Virus record (IMG/VR): IMGVR_UViG_3300025093_000020
Strand: one strand, 5' to 3'
Length of the DNA stretch: 64,000 bases
Source of the DNA: a virus
How positions within the stretch are numbered: position 1 is the first letter of the stretch; each line of letters opens with the position of its first letter. This document shows positions 7,866 through 17,441 of the stretch, piece after piece. The translations under genes and the position numbers were made by a program. The notes beneath the pieces were generated by a model. That model was not told where the DNA came from, ran no database searches, and saw only the letters and a program-made list of their open reading frames with translations.

Positions 7866-9223
7866 TGGCACACGCAACGAAAACTCCCCCTTCATCTGCC
7901 GACCGTTGGTTCTATTGCACGGCCTCAGTCCTTCTGATCCTGCAATTGATGCGTAATGGCGAATTAAAGGAGAGCGATCTTGAACGCGACGAGGGTGTCA
8001 CCGAGGATGAGGTGCTTGAATTCGGCGGTTATGATGACGTTGTATTGGGCAATTCTATCTCAGACTCTTTCTCCGCCGAAGGGACTGTGCTTCATGAAGT
8101 TCGGGCCAGTTGTCTAGAATTCAACCTTGATCCCATGAACTTTGTCGGATTGGAAATGAGTGCTGATGGGCATTCGTTTCTGATTGATGACGATAAGGCC
8201 GATCGATTGGTTGCAGGCATAGATTGGATCCGGGAGCACACACGCGCGCCATACGTGGAAACCCGGGTTGATCTATCCGAATGGCTGCCGGAACAGTTCG
8301 GCACCTGCGATACTTTCTGGCTGAAACCTGTTCGCGGCAAGCGTGATATTTTCGATCTGTACGTCTCCGATTATAAGAACGGCATCGGTAGACCTGTCGA
8401 TGCCGAAGGGAACAAACAGCTTCGGATCTACGCGCTTGGCGCCTGGGTTTTCCTCGGAAAGCCGAATATCCGAAAGATCATCATCAACATCGATCAGCCG
8501 CGCGTCGGCGGCATGAAGTATGACGAGTTTGATTTCCAAGAATTGCTTGAGTTCGGCGAAGAATTGAAGCGAATTTGGGAACGCATCGAAAGCGGAAACG
8601 TTGAATTCGTGCCTACCATCAAAGGTTGTCAGTTCTGCCCGGTGAGGAAGACTGACGCAGGCTGCGCCGCCTATAACCGATGGCTGTTGCTGATGTGCGG
8701 GACCGCCTTCCTTGATCCGTCAGAACCCTATCCCAAATTCAAAGACCCTGAGCAGATCACCGCCGCGCAGAGGTACTATATCGTGCGGCACGCGGCAGCG
8801 TTGAAGTCCTGGCTGGAGAAGCTGTATGAGGCCTCTCTGCGCGCTGCTATGGCGGGTAACCCCGACCCTGGGTCCAAGGCGATCGAGGGTAACGGTGGCA
8901 AGCGCTACTTCACCAATGAAGAGCGCGCACAGCGCATCATGAAACACGCTCTTGGGGATCAGGCATTCAAGCCCCGCGAGTTGATCGGTTTCACGGAGCT
9001 TGACCGGCTGATGAAGCCCGGTCGCAAGAAGGATGGATTTCCGCGGCACTATGCGCTGCTGGAAAAGCTGGCAGCTCGGCCAAAGGGGAAGCCCAAATTG
9101 GTGTCAGCGGATCACCCGAAACCTGCACTGGAAACGGTGTCTACGGATGATTTCGAGGATCTACCGGAAAAAGGATCAGTGCGCCGCGTCGAGATTTCGA
9201 CCGACGATTTCGCAGACCTTTGA
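7865..9223 (+). CDS. PD-(D/E)XK Cas4/RecB-like nuclease (DUF2800-like, 452 aa)
   Basis: The N-terminal Cys (WFYCTAS) plus the C-terminal CQFCPVRKTDAGC cluster is typical of Cas4-type Fe-S nucleases. A DYK motif is present. It has the canonical position upstream of the SSB-like and polymerase genes. TGATG coupling at the start. Confidence 0.65.
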   Translation: MAHATKTPPSSADRWFYCTASVLLILQLMRNGELKESDLERDEGVTEDEVLEFGGYDDVVLGNSISDSFSAEGTVLHEVRASCLEFNLDPMNFVGLEMSADGHSFLIDDDKADRLVAGIDWIREHTRAPYVETRVDLSEWLPEQFGTCDTFWLKPVRGKRDIFDLYVSDYKNGIGRPVDAEGNKQLRIYALGAWVFLGKPNIRKIIINIDQPRVGGMKYDEFDFQELLEFGEELKRIWERIESGNVEFVPTIKGCQFCPVRKTDAGCAAYNRWLLLMCGTAFLDPSEPYPKFKDPEQITAAQRYYIVRHAAALKSWLEKLYEASLRAAMAGNPDPGSKAIEGNGGKRYFTNEERAQRIMKHALGDQAFKPRELIGFTELDRLMKPGRKKDGFPRHYALLEKLAARPKGKPKLVSADHPKPALETVSTDDFEDLPEKGSVRRVEISTDDFADL

Positions 9224-9247
9224 AAAACAGAAAACTAGGAGAGAAAA

Positions 9248-9928
9248 ATGGGAAAACTGATGGAACGCGACAACACGGGTCGCACGACAATGCTCACCCG
9301 GGTGCGCGCGTCTTTCGCGGAATCGTTGCAGGAGAAAAAGGCGTCGAAGGCCGATCCGACGAAACTGTCTCACGCGGCGAACTTCATCATCGAACGGGAT
9401 AGCCCTGATTTCGAGAGCAACAAGGCAGCGGTTGTCGCCGCGCTCCAGAATACCTGCAAGGAAGCCAAGCGGTCGGAAAACTGGTGGAAACAGCTTTTTG
9501 ACGACGATCCCAAGCAGCTTGCCTTCCGCAAAGGGGAACGCTTCAAGGACAAGAACGGCGAGATCTACAAGGGTTATGAGAACAATCTGATTGTCGTCGG
9601 GAAAGGGCCGAAAGCCGGCGCCGAGCGGCCGAGCAAACTGCTTGATCGCTACAAGCGTCCCATCGAAGTGAATGACATCAATGATGTGATTTACAACGGC
9701 ACCATGTGCGACGTGGTGATCTCCTGGTACTATACCGACAAACACGGCCCCGCGCGCATTACCTGCTCGATTGAGGCCGTGCGGTCGTGGCAGGAGGGGG
9801 AACGCCTCGGCGGCGGCGGTATCTACGTCGATGAGGACGATTTCGATACCATTGAAGGCGACGACGATGGGTTCGACTCGCCTCCCAAAACCCAGACCTC
9901 CAGCAGCACCAGCCTCCTGGATTTCTGA
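9248..9928 (+). CDS. phage ssDNA-binding protein candidate (DUF2815-like, 226 aa)
   Basis: Synteny (nuclease, this gene, polymerase) and an acidic aromatic tail DEDDFDTIEGDDDGFD...SLLDF. RBS AGGAGAG. Confidence 0.5.
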   Translation: MGKLMERDNTGRTTMLTRVRASFAESLQEKKASKADPTKLSHAANFIIERDSPDFESNKAAVVAALQNTCKEAKRSENWWKQLFDDDPKQLAFRKGERFKDKNGEIYKGYENNLIVVGKGPKAGAERPSKLLDRYKRPIEVNDINDVIYNGTMCDVVISWYYTDKHGPARITCSIEAVRSWQEGERLGGGGIYVDEDDFDTIEGDDDGFDSPPKTQTSSSTSLLDF

Positions 9929-9933
9929 TAGAG

Positions 9934-9972
9934 CTGGCGGCTTCGGCCGCCAGTTTCACCTTTTGCGGGAGA
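9934..9972 (+). terminator. Hairpin plus conserved 19-nt leader TTTCACCTTTTGCGGGAGA
   Basis: CTGGCGGC-ttcg-GCCGCCAG at 9934-9953, followed by a 19-mer identical to 32205-32223. The 19-mer supplies the GGGAGA RBS of the next gene. Confidence 0.5.
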
Positions 9973-9980
9973 AGCACGTC

Positions 9981-10148
9981 ATGTTCCGTTTCCTTTTGAT
10001 GATTTTCGGTCGGAAAAGAGTTTTCGAGAGGTTGTCTAGCAATACCAATCTCCCCTGCGAGGCGATCCAGTATAGCGATTCAATGGTCTGCGCTCGCTGC
10101 GGTTTGATCTGGGATATGAACGATCCTGATGCGCCTTGGTGTAAATGA
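9981..10148 (+). CDS. small Cys-rich protein (55 aa)
   Basis: ATG 9 nt after GGGAGA. Carries C...CARCG...C. Its end overlaps the polymerase start. Confidence 0.45.
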   Translation: MFRFLLMIFGRKRVFERLSSNTNLPCEAIQYSDSMVCARCGLIWDMNDPDAPWCK

Positions 10149-12181
10149 CTTCCGACATTTTCTTCGATATCGAATGCTTTCCGAATTTCTTCTTCGTCGG
10201 CATGAAGCGCCGCGAAGACGGAAAGAGGATTGGTTTCGAACTCAGCGAACGCCGAAATACTTTTGATCGTGATCGGATTCGGCGCCTTCTTTTGAAGACG
10301 CGCCACATTGGCTACCATTCCTTGACTTACGACTTACCAATGCTTTGGTATGCGCTTGACGAAAACGTGACCAACGCAATTCTCAAGGAAAAATCCAACG
10401 GGATCATTCAGGGGAATTTACGTTGGTGGGATGTTGACGATTACCTAGGTATCCGCGTCCCTTGGGATGTGCGAAATCGTCATATCGATCTCATCGAGCC
10501 TCAACCGAACGCCTTTGCGTCATTGAAGGCTCTGAATGGGCGGATGCACGGGGAACACCTGCAAGACCTACCTTACCAGCATGACACTGTGCTCACGGAC
10601 GCACAGATGGATGTTGTGGCGGAATACTGCCTTCATCGCGATCTCGATGCCACCGAAAACCTCTGGAATACCTTGGCTGAACCTATGGCGCTCCGCGAAG
10701 CGCTTGGCGCGCAGCATGGGCAGAATTTCATGTCCAAGTCGGACTCGCAGATTGGTGAAGCAATCGTCAAAAAGCGCGTCGAGGAAATTACCGGAACGAA
10801 GCCACAGCGCATCGAAACGAAACCTGGAACTACGTTCTTTTACCCAGTTCCGGAATGGATGAAGTTTGAGACGCCAGCTTTACAAAGCTTTCTTGAGGAA
10901 GTGCGCCAGGCTCAGTTTGTAATTGGCGCCGATGGAAAGGTTAAATCTCCAAAGGCGCTGAAAGACGTTCGAGTCAAACTCGGGAACATGGAATATAGCG
11001 TCGGTATTGGTGGACTCCATTCGACGGAAGCCCATCGGCCGGTGAAATCTGACCAAGACTGGCAACTTGTTGATGCTGATGTGGCGTCTCAGTATCCCTC
11101 GATTATCCTTATGCTTGGGCTTTTCCCAAAATCTCTAGGTGCTCCATTCCTTGAAGCCTATCGAGCGATTCGCGACGAACGGCTCAAAGCCAAGAAGCGC
11201 GTCAAGGAAATTAAGAAGGAACTGCCCGGCGTAAACGATCCAGACAGAATTGCGGAACTCAAGCGGGAGCTTGAGATTTGCACTGTCAAGGATAAGGGCG
11301 GTAAGATCCAGTTGAACGGTGTATATGGAAAGCTCGGCAGTAAGTACAGCATTCTCTACGCACCCCATCTGCTGATCGGTGTGACTTTGACAGGGCAATT
11401 AACCTTGCTCATGCTCATTGAGAAAGCATTGGCCGCAGGTATCGACGTGGTTTCCGGAAACACTGACGGCGTTCTTTTCCGTTGCCCGCGTGCAAAATAC
11501 GCCGGCTTGGACGGAGATCGTTTGATACCTTCCGCCTTGAAGAATGTGTGCGACTGGTGGGAAAATTTGACGGGCTTTGATCTCGAATTTGGGGAATATG
11601 ACGCCGTTTACAGTTCGTCGGTGAACACCTATTATGCGATTAAGCCAAATGGCGGGCATAAGCGCAAAGGGCCAATCGGTAATCCGTGGTCATCGCATCC
11701 TGACGATTTCGATCCGGTCCGTGGCCAGCTCACGAAAAACCCGCAGATGACGATATGTTCTGACGCAGCGCTTGCCAAGATTAAACACGGAACACCAGTT
11801 GAGGAAACGATCTACAATTGCCGAGACATGAAGCAGTTTATCACGGTGATTGCAGCGAGTTCAGGCGCCACTTGGCGCGAGGAATACCTTGGCCGAGTGG
11901 TTCGGTATTATTGGTGTAAAAACGGTGAGGCCGTATTGCGGGCCGAGGCAAACGACAGCGGCACTTTTGCCCGCGTGCAGAAGACAGAAGGCGCAGGCGC
12001 GTGTATGAAATTGCCGAACGAGATGCCAGACGACATCGACTATCAGCGTTACATTGATGAAGCTGAATCCATTCTTCGCGACGTTGGCTTCTATGGCGCC
12101 ATCATACCCAAGAGAAAGCCAATCCGCCTCACCAAAAAGAACAAGGTTCCCGTGTTATCAACGTGGATGCAGGTGGCGTGA
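10145..12181 (+). CDS. DNA polymerase with 3'-5' exonuclease, family-B-type motifs (678 aa)
   Basis: Exo I FFDIECFPN. Exo II-like SLTYDLPML. Pol motif A DADVASQYPSII (DxxSxYPS). Motif B KIQLNGVYGKLG (KxxxNxxYG). Motif C GNTDGV (xxTDx). Confidence 0.8.
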   Translation: MTSDIFFDIECFPNFFFVGMKRREDGKRIGFELSERRNTFDRDRIRRLLLKTRHIGYHSLTYDLPMLWYALDENVTNAILKEKSNGIIQGNLRWWDVDDYLGIRVPWDVRNRHIDLIEPQPNAFASLKALNGRMHGEHLQDLPYQHDTVLTDAQMDVVAEYCLHRDLDATENLWNTLAEPMALREALGAQHGQNFMSKSDSQIGEAIVKKRVEEITGTKPQRIETKPGTTFFYPVPEWMKFETPALQSFLEEVRQAQFVIGADGKVKSPKALKDVRVKLGNMEYSVGIGGLHSTEAHRPVKSDQDWQLVDADVASQYPSIILMLGLFPKSLGAPFLEAYRAIRDERLKAKKRVKEIKKELPGVNDPDRIAELKRELEICTVKDKGGKIQLNGVYGKLGSKYSILYAPHLLIGVTLTGQLTLLMLIEKALAAGIDVVSGNTDGVLFRCPRAKYAGLDGDRLIPSALKNVCDWWENLTGFDLEFGEYDAVYSSSVNTYYAIKPNGGHKRKGPIGNPWSSHPDDFDPVRGQLTKNPQMTICSDAALAKIKHGTPVEETIYNCRDMKQFITVIAASSGATWREEYLGRVVRYYWCKNGEAVLRAEANDSGTFARVQKTEGAGACMKLPNEMPDDIDYQRYIDEAESILRDVGFYGAIIPKRKPIRLTKKNKVPVLSTWMQVA

Positions 12182-12525
12182 TGAAAGTCCCTACGGATTT
12201 CGATTTTGGGCAGAGGGAACTGGAGGCGAACGAAGAGCTTGAGGCCGTGGCTTGGGCCGAGAACAACGGCTGGATCTCCAGGAAGCTCAGCTTTGAGGGG
12301 CGCCGCGGTGCGCCGGATCGGATGTTCGCGGGTCACGGCGAGCTTTTCATATGCGAATTCAAGAAGCTGTCGCGCCTGAACACCAAGCGCGGCGGCAAGT
12401 CGGGCGGCCAATCCAAGGAGGCGTTGAGGTTCGAGGCCGTGGGCGTACATGTGCCCACCTTCTACACAGCATCTAGTTGCATTGACTACCTGAAGCACAA
12501 GATGTCAAAGTCACTTTTAGTGTGA
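12181..12525 (+). CDS. VRR-NUC domain nuclease (114 aa)
   Basis: The PDRMF...ELFICEFKK (D...ExK) signature. ATGA overlap with the polymerase stop. Confidence 0.65.
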   Translation: MKVPTDFDFGQRELEANEELEAVAWAENNGWISRKLSFEGRRGAPDRMFAGHGELFICEFKKLSRLNTKRGGKSGGQSKEALRFEAVGVHVPTFYTASSCIDYLKHKMSKSLLV

Positions 12526-12527
12526 GA
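12509..12527. promoter_or_regulatory. Operator-like dyad AGTCAC-N7-GTGAGA
   Basis: Core TCACTT-TTA-GTGTGA, 20 nt upstream of the nrdJ ATG. Confidence 0.4.
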
Positions 12528-12545
12528 ATCACGAGGAACAGGACC

Positions 12546-14813
12546 ATGGGAACACATTTCAGCGCGCCGATCGCAGAGCAGATCTGGGACGCCAAATATC
12601 GCTTCAAACAGTTCGACGGCACCCCGATCGATCAGGATGTCGAAGACAGTTGGCGGCGCATCGCCAAGCACCTGGCTTCGGCCGAGAAGGATCCGGAGCT
12701 GTGGGAGCCGAAGTTCTATGAAGCGCTGGAGGATTTCAAGTTCCTGCCGGCCGGGCGCATCACCGCAGGCGCTGGCACCGATCGCAGCGTGACGCTGTTC
12801 AACTGCTTCGTCATGGGCAGCATCCCCGACAGCATGGACGGCATCTTCAGCATGCTGAAAGAGGCCGCGCTGACGATGCAGCAGGGCGGGGGGATCGGTT
12901 ACGACTTCAGCACCATCCGCCCATCGGGCGCCGAGGTTAAAGGCGTGGCTGCTGACGCCTCTGGTCCCCTGACCTTCATGGATGTCTGGGACGCCATGTG
13001 CCGCACTGTCATGTCCGCTGGTAGCCGCCGCGGGGCGATGATGGCGACGATGCGCTGCGACCATCCCGACATCCTGAAATTCATCGAAGCCAAGCGCGAT
13101 CCGAAACGCCTGCGGATGTTCAACATGTCCGTGCTGGTGACGGACGACTTCATGGCCGCGGTGAAGGCTGACGGGCTCTGGGAACTGCATTTCCAGAAGA
13201 AGATCTACAAGACCATGGCGGCGCGCGAGCTGTGGAACCACATCATGCAGGCGACCTATGACGTGGCCGAGCCGGGCGTCATCTTCATTGATCGCATCAA
13301 CAAGATGAACAATCTCGGGTATTGCGAGACCATCGCAGCAACCAACCCCTGTGGCGAACAACCCCTGCCGCCCTATGGCGCCTGCTTGCTGGGCTCGATC
13401 AACCTCGCTCGCCTGATCGAAAATCCGTTCGGCAATGACTCTGGAATCGACCGGAGGAAGCTGTCCAAACTCGTCCGTACCGCCGTCCGAATGATGGATA
13501 ACGTGATCGAGGTTTCCAATTTCCCGCTTCAGCAGCAACGGCAGGAGGCGCTGGATAAGCGCCGTATCGGCCTTGGCGTTACCGGGCTTGCTGATGCGCT
13601 GATCATGTGCGGCCTGATTTACGGCTCCGACGAGGCGTGCCGTCAGACTGAGGAATGGCTCCGCTGCATTGCCATCGAGGCCTATCTCGCCTCCGCTGAT
13701 CTGGCCGCCGAGAAAGGTTCTTTTCCGCTACTGGACAGGGAGAAATTCCTTGCCTCCGGCAACATGCAGCAGATGCCGAAAATAGTGCATGATGCTGTCA
13801 GAAGCTTCGGCATCCGAAATGCGCTGCTGACCTCGATCGCACCCACCGGCACGATTTCCCTTTACGCTGGCAACGTGTCGTCGGGAATTGAGCCCGTCTT
13901 CGCGCACGAGTACACGCGCAAGGTTCTGCAGAAAGACGGCTCCAAGGTCGAGGAAGTCGTGCAGGACTTCGCCGTCAAGGCATACTGGGATTGGTTCGGT
14001 GAAGGCGGCTCCCAGCACCCTGGTGATCTCCCCGCGACTTTCGTGACGGCGCAGGATCTGCCGCCGGAGGCGCATATCCGAATGCAGGCAGCCGCGCAGA
14101 AATGGATCGACAGTTCGATTTCCAAGACCATCAACCTGCCAGCCGACATCAGCTTCGATGATTTCCAGCAGGTCTACATGGACGCCTATGACAGCGGGTG
14201 CAAGGGCTGCACGACCTACCGGCCCAACGATGTCACGGGATCGGTGCTGTCTGTGGCCCCGAAACCGGAGGCCGAGGCGGCACCTGAACCCGCGAAAGAG
14301 GTACAAGCTGTCGAGCAGCCTGCCGACCGGCCGGAACACCTGAACGGCACGACCTACAAGCTGAAATGGCCGAACGATCCGCACGCGATCTATGTGACCG
14401 TCAATGACAAGGACGGGCGACCGTTCGAGGTGTTCTTCAATACCAAGAATACCGGACATCAGGCGTGGATGATGGCGCTTTCTCGTACCATCAGCGCGGT
14501 ATTTCGGCGCGGAGGCGATAGCCGGTTCATCGCACAAGAGCTGATGGAGGTGTTCGATCCGAAAGGAGGCGCTTGGGTCAATGGCACCTATGTGCCCTCT
14601 CTCATCGCCGCCATCGGCCAGCTTCTGTCGCGCCATATGGACGGTGGTCTATGCGGGGCAGTGCGAGCCGGCGAGATCAGCTTGAACGACGCACTGGGGG
14701 TGGGGGGCTCATCGATTTCGGCCGCGGCTTGCACCTCTTGCGGGGCGCTCGCCTTGGTGATGTCAGGAGGTTGCAGCACATGCAGCTCCTGCGGCTATAG
14801 CAAGTGCGGTTGA
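12546..14813 (+). CDS. nrdJ: Class II (adenosylcobalamin-dependent) ribonucleotide reductase
   Basis: Active-site block NPCGEQPLPPYGACLLGSINL. C-terminal redox Cys tail CTSCG...CSTCSSCGYSKCG. RBS GAGGAA precedes the ATG at 12546. Confidence 0.9.
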   Translation: MGTHFSAPIAEQIWDAKYRFKQFDGTPIDQDVEDSWRRIAKHLASAEKDPELWEPKFYEALEDFKFLPAGRITAGAGTDRSVTLFNCFVMGSIPDSMDGIFSMLKEAALTMQQGGGIGYDFSTIRPSGAEVKGVAADASGPLTFMDVWDAMCRTVMSAGSRRGAMMATMRCDHPDILKFIEAKRDPKRLRMFNMSVLVTDDFMAAVKADGLWELHFQKKIYKTMAARELWNHIMQATYDVAEPGVIFIDRINKMNNLGYCETIAATNPCGEQPLPPYGACLLGSINLARLIENPFGNDSGIDRRKLSKLVRTAVRMMDNVIEVSNFPLQQQRQEALDKRRIGLGVTGLADALIMCGLIYGSDEACRQTEEWLRCIAIEAYLASADLAAEKGSFPLLDREKFLASGNMQQMPKIVHDAVRSFGIRNALLTSIAPTGTISLYAGNVSSGIEPVFAHEYTRKVLQKDGSKVEEVVQDFAVKAYWDWFGEGGSQHPGDLPATFVTAQDLPPEAHIRMQAAAQKWIDSSISKTINLPADISFDDFQQVYMDAYDSGCKGCTTYRPNDVTGSVLSVAPKPEAEAAPEPAKEVQAVEQPADRPEHLNGTTYKLKWPNDPHAIYVTVNDKDGRPFEVFFNTKNTGHQAWMMALSRTISAVFRRGGDSRFIAQELMEVFDPKGGAWVNGTYVPSLIAAIGQLLSRHMDGGLCGAVRAGEISLNDALGVGGSSISAAACTSCGALALVMSGGCSTCSSCGYSKCG

Positions 14814-14815
14814 CC

Positions 14816-15238
14816 ATGCACCCGCGCGCACACCTGATGGGCTTCGCGGAGCATGCAGCGAAGGCTTCCCGAGATCACAGCACACAGGTCGGGGCTGCAC
14901 TGATTAGCCCCGATGGCGATGTGCTTCTCACCGCATGCAATGACTTCCCGGTCGGCGTTCAGGATCACCCTGAACGCCGGTCCCGGCCGACCAAATACCT
15001 TTTCACTTCGCACGCAGAGGGTCGGCTTATTGCTCATGCAGCAAAGCACGGAATCAAGACTGCGGGAATGACGGTATACGTCACCCACTTTCCTTGCTCC
15101 CGATGCGCCTCAACGCTGATTGATGCGGGTATTTCTCTGATTGTTCACGGCACAGGCAGCACGTCAATGCCGCCTGAAGAATTCGATGCTGCAATTGATA
15201 TGTTCTGTGAAGCTGGGATCGACTTGGAAGTTCTGTAA
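14816..15238 (+). CDS. dCMP / cytidine deaminase family protein (140 aa)
   Basis: Zinc-binding motifs SHAEGRLI (HAE) and HFPCSRCASTLI (PCxxC). Confidence 0.8.
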   Translation: MHPRAHLMGFAEHAAKASRDHSTQVGAALISPDGDVLLTACNDFPVGVQDHPERRSRPTKYLFTSHAEGRLIAHAAKHGIKTAGMTVYVTHFPCSRCASTLIDAGISLIVHGTGSTSMPPEEFDAAIDMFCEAGIDLEVL

Positions 15239-16641
15239 TGCGATCTCCAGAGGAACTTAGGCGCGGCCAAAAGCTGATCAGCAAACTCGTCTATGAGAAT
15301 TATGCGCATCTGATCATCTCTGGCATGGGGAGCGGCAAGACCGGGGCGACACTCGACGCCACGGTCAAGCTGCTTAACCGCCTTGAGGTGAATCACGTTC
15401 TTGTCGTGGCTCCCAAATTCGTCGCCAAATCCACCTGGCCTGACGAAGTAAAAACATGGGAGCATACGCGCGCAATCAGTGTTGCCGTTGCAGTTGGTGA
15501 TCCAATTGTTCGGAGAGCCGCGATTAAAAGACGCGCAGAAATCACGACGATCAATACTGAAAATCTCCCTTGGCTCGCCAAGTTCATCAAGACGGTGGAT
15601 AATTGGTATTGGGACATGGTGATTATTGACGAGTCTTCTCGTTTCAAGAGTGGTGAAGGTCGGACGCTACCCACCAAATACAAGGATTCAAAAGGTGAGG
15701 TGAAAGTCCGCAAAGGTGGAAACATGACGCGGTTTGGCATCATGACCACGGCCCGGCGGAAAATGAACCGCGTCATTGAGCTGACTGGCACGCCGGCGCC
15801 CAAGGGCCTGATTGATCTCTGGGGGCAGGCGTACCTGCTCGATCAGGGCGAGGCGCTTGGGCGTGACAAGAGCGGCTTCGAGCGCAAGTGGTTCGACAAG
15901 GACGCGCGCACGCACATCATCAAGCCTAGGGCAAACGCTGAGGCGGAGATCCTAGGGCGCCTCGGGCATCTGCTGACGACGATCCCGCCGGAGGTGGTGG
16001 TCCCTGAGCCTCAGTTCATTCAGATGAACGTCGACCTGCCGCCTGCGGTGCTGAAGAACTACCTGGACTTCGAGCGCGACCTCTACAGCGAGCCCTATGA
16101 CGTGGAGGCGGTGTCCAAGGGGGTGCTCGCCAACAAGCTGCTGCAGGCGGCCAACGGCGCGCTCTACCGCGAAGATCGTGAGGTCGTGCACATCCATGAC
16201 GAGAAGTTGGAGGCACTGGCCGAGCTGGATGAGATGTGCGCTGATGAAAGCCTGCTCATTTTCTATGCGTTCAAGTTCGACAAGGAGCGGATTAAAGCTC
16301 GTTTCCCTGATGCCGTTGTCGCGAATGAATACCGTGGCGATCTCGTGGCAGATTGGAACAAAGGTAGAATTAAACGATTGCTCGCGCACCCCGCTTCGAT
16401 CGGTCACGGCACCAACATGCAGTATGGCGGGCACATTGCCTGTTGGTATGGCCTAACTTTTTCCTTGGAACTATGGATGCAGGCAAACATGCGTCTCCCT
16501 CGGCCGGGGCAAACGAAACAGGTTCTAATCTATCCGATTGTCGCCCGCAGAACCTACGATGAGCGCGCGTTGGCAATCTTGCAGGACCGAGAAACCACAC
16601 AAACGAAAATCATAGAACATTTTCTGGCATACAAATCTTGA
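15238..16641 (+). CDS. SNF2/DEAD-like phage helicase (467 aa)
   Basis: Walker A GMGSGKTG. DExx box VIIDESSRF. C-terminal helicase block LLAHPASIGHGTNMQ. This gene is the typical partner of VRR-NUC in phage replication modules. Confidence 0.75.
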   Translation: MRSPEELRRGQKLISKLVYENYAHLIISGMGSGKTGATLDATVKLLNRLEVNHVLVVAPKFVAKSTWPDEVKTWEHTRAISVAVAVGDPIVRRAAIKRRAEITTINTENLPWLAKFIKTVDNWYWDMVIIDESSRFKSGEGRTLPTKYKDSKGEVKVRKGGNMTRFGIMTTARRKMNRVIELTGTPAPKGLIDLWGQAYLLDQGEALGRDKSGFERKWFDKDARTHIIKPRANAEAEILGRLGHLLTTIPPEVVVPEPQFIQMNVDLPPAVLKNYLDFERDLYSEPYDVEAVSKGVLANKLLQAANGALYREDREVVHIHDEKLEALAELDEMCADESLLIFYAFKFDKERIKARFPDAVVANEYRGDLVADWNKGRIKRLLAHPASIGHGTNMQYGGHIACWYGLTFSLELWMQANMRLPRPGQTKQVLIYPIVARRTYDERALAILQDRETTQTKIIEHFLAYKS

Positions 16642-16713
16642 GTTTCACAGTTTGATTGACATATTCGTTCGGTAGAAAGGGAGCATCTTCCTTACATTTT
16701 TGCAGGACTGATA

Positions 16714-17373
16714 ATGAAAACGACCAAGAAGGTACCTCACCCAGATTTCGCCTTGCGATTTCAGCAGGCATGTGACGGAAACCCAGATGTTCCGCAGCCG
16801 AACTATGGGCGGCTCGGCTGGTTCGTCACCCAGATGGAAAGGTTCGGCGTGGAACTCACTGTCGAAACCGTTCGGAAGTGGTTCGCTGGCGAGTCGCGCC
16901 CGCGCCCTCGCAACATCACCTATCTCGCCCAGATCTTGAAGGTGGACGAAGCGTGGCTCAGCGTCGGCCGCATCCAGGAGATCAGCGACAAGCAAATTCG
17001 CCTGCGAAACTCTCTGGCAGGCGGCGCCGTGAACGTGGTTGCCGGGCTGATCCAGCTCTCTGGCGGCAACCCGGCCTTTCCTGCTGCTGATGACAAGCGG
17101 GCTCAGGCTGAGAAGATCGACCTCTACGCGATCATCAAGGGCGCGCAGTATGCGTTTCATGTGACCGTGGCGGATGACGGCGTGTTCTCGATCCCTGTCG
17201 AGGCGCGGGAGACCGTGATCATCGGCGTCGACCTGCAGGACTCTTTCGACGTGCGGATCTTCGAACTGGATTGGGCTGAGGTCGAAGCGACCGGGACGCG
17301 CAAGGGTCCGGTGATCACCGTCCCCCTTGAGCATGAATGGAAGCGGATCACGAGCTTTACGGAACGGCTGTGA
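16714..17373 (+). CDS. XRE-type HTH regulator, CI-like (219 aa)
   Basis: N-terminal HTH: LTVETVRKWFAGESRPRPRNITYLAQILKVDEAWLSVG. A distinct C-terminal domain follows. Preceded by a 72-nt intergenic region. C-terminus is SFTERL. Confidence 0.6.
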   Translation: MKTTKKVPHPDFALRFQQACDGNPDVPQPNYGRLGWFVTQMERFGVELTVETVRKWFAGESRPRPRNITYLAQILKVDEAWLSVGRIQEISDKQIRLRNSLAGGAVNVVAGLIQLSGGNPAFPAADDKRAQAEKIDLYAIIKGAQYAFHVTVADDGVFSIPVEARETVIIGVDLQDSFDVRIFELDWAEVEATGTRKGPVITVPLEHEWKRITSFTERL

Positions 17374-17441
17374 CTTTCACGTTTTGAGTTGAAATGCACT
17401 TATCAAGTGTGTAAGTCTGAGGCTCTGAGTGGGAGCCTTGG

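Noticed and set aside
12486-13538. Long antisense ORFs opposite real genes, for example 12486..13538, 13728..14636, 27121..28137, 28153..28968, 29492..30358, 31059..31955, 37061..38083, 38207..39475, 40295..41500, 42077..42985, 44714..45661, 48700..50067, 54426..55856 and 62727..63962
   Set aside because: These are typical shadow ORFs of GC-rich DNA. Each lies opposite a gene with clear domain signatures or synteny. Their translations are Arg/Gly/Pro-rich low-complexity sequence with no motifs or RBS.
16641-16714. A sigma70-type promoter call (TTGACA at about 16659) upstream of the CI-like gene, and TTGACA at about 56236 on the minus strand
   Set aside because: A -35-like hexamer is present, but I could not find a convincing -10 at 16-18 bp spacing. 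That is too weak to report as a feature.
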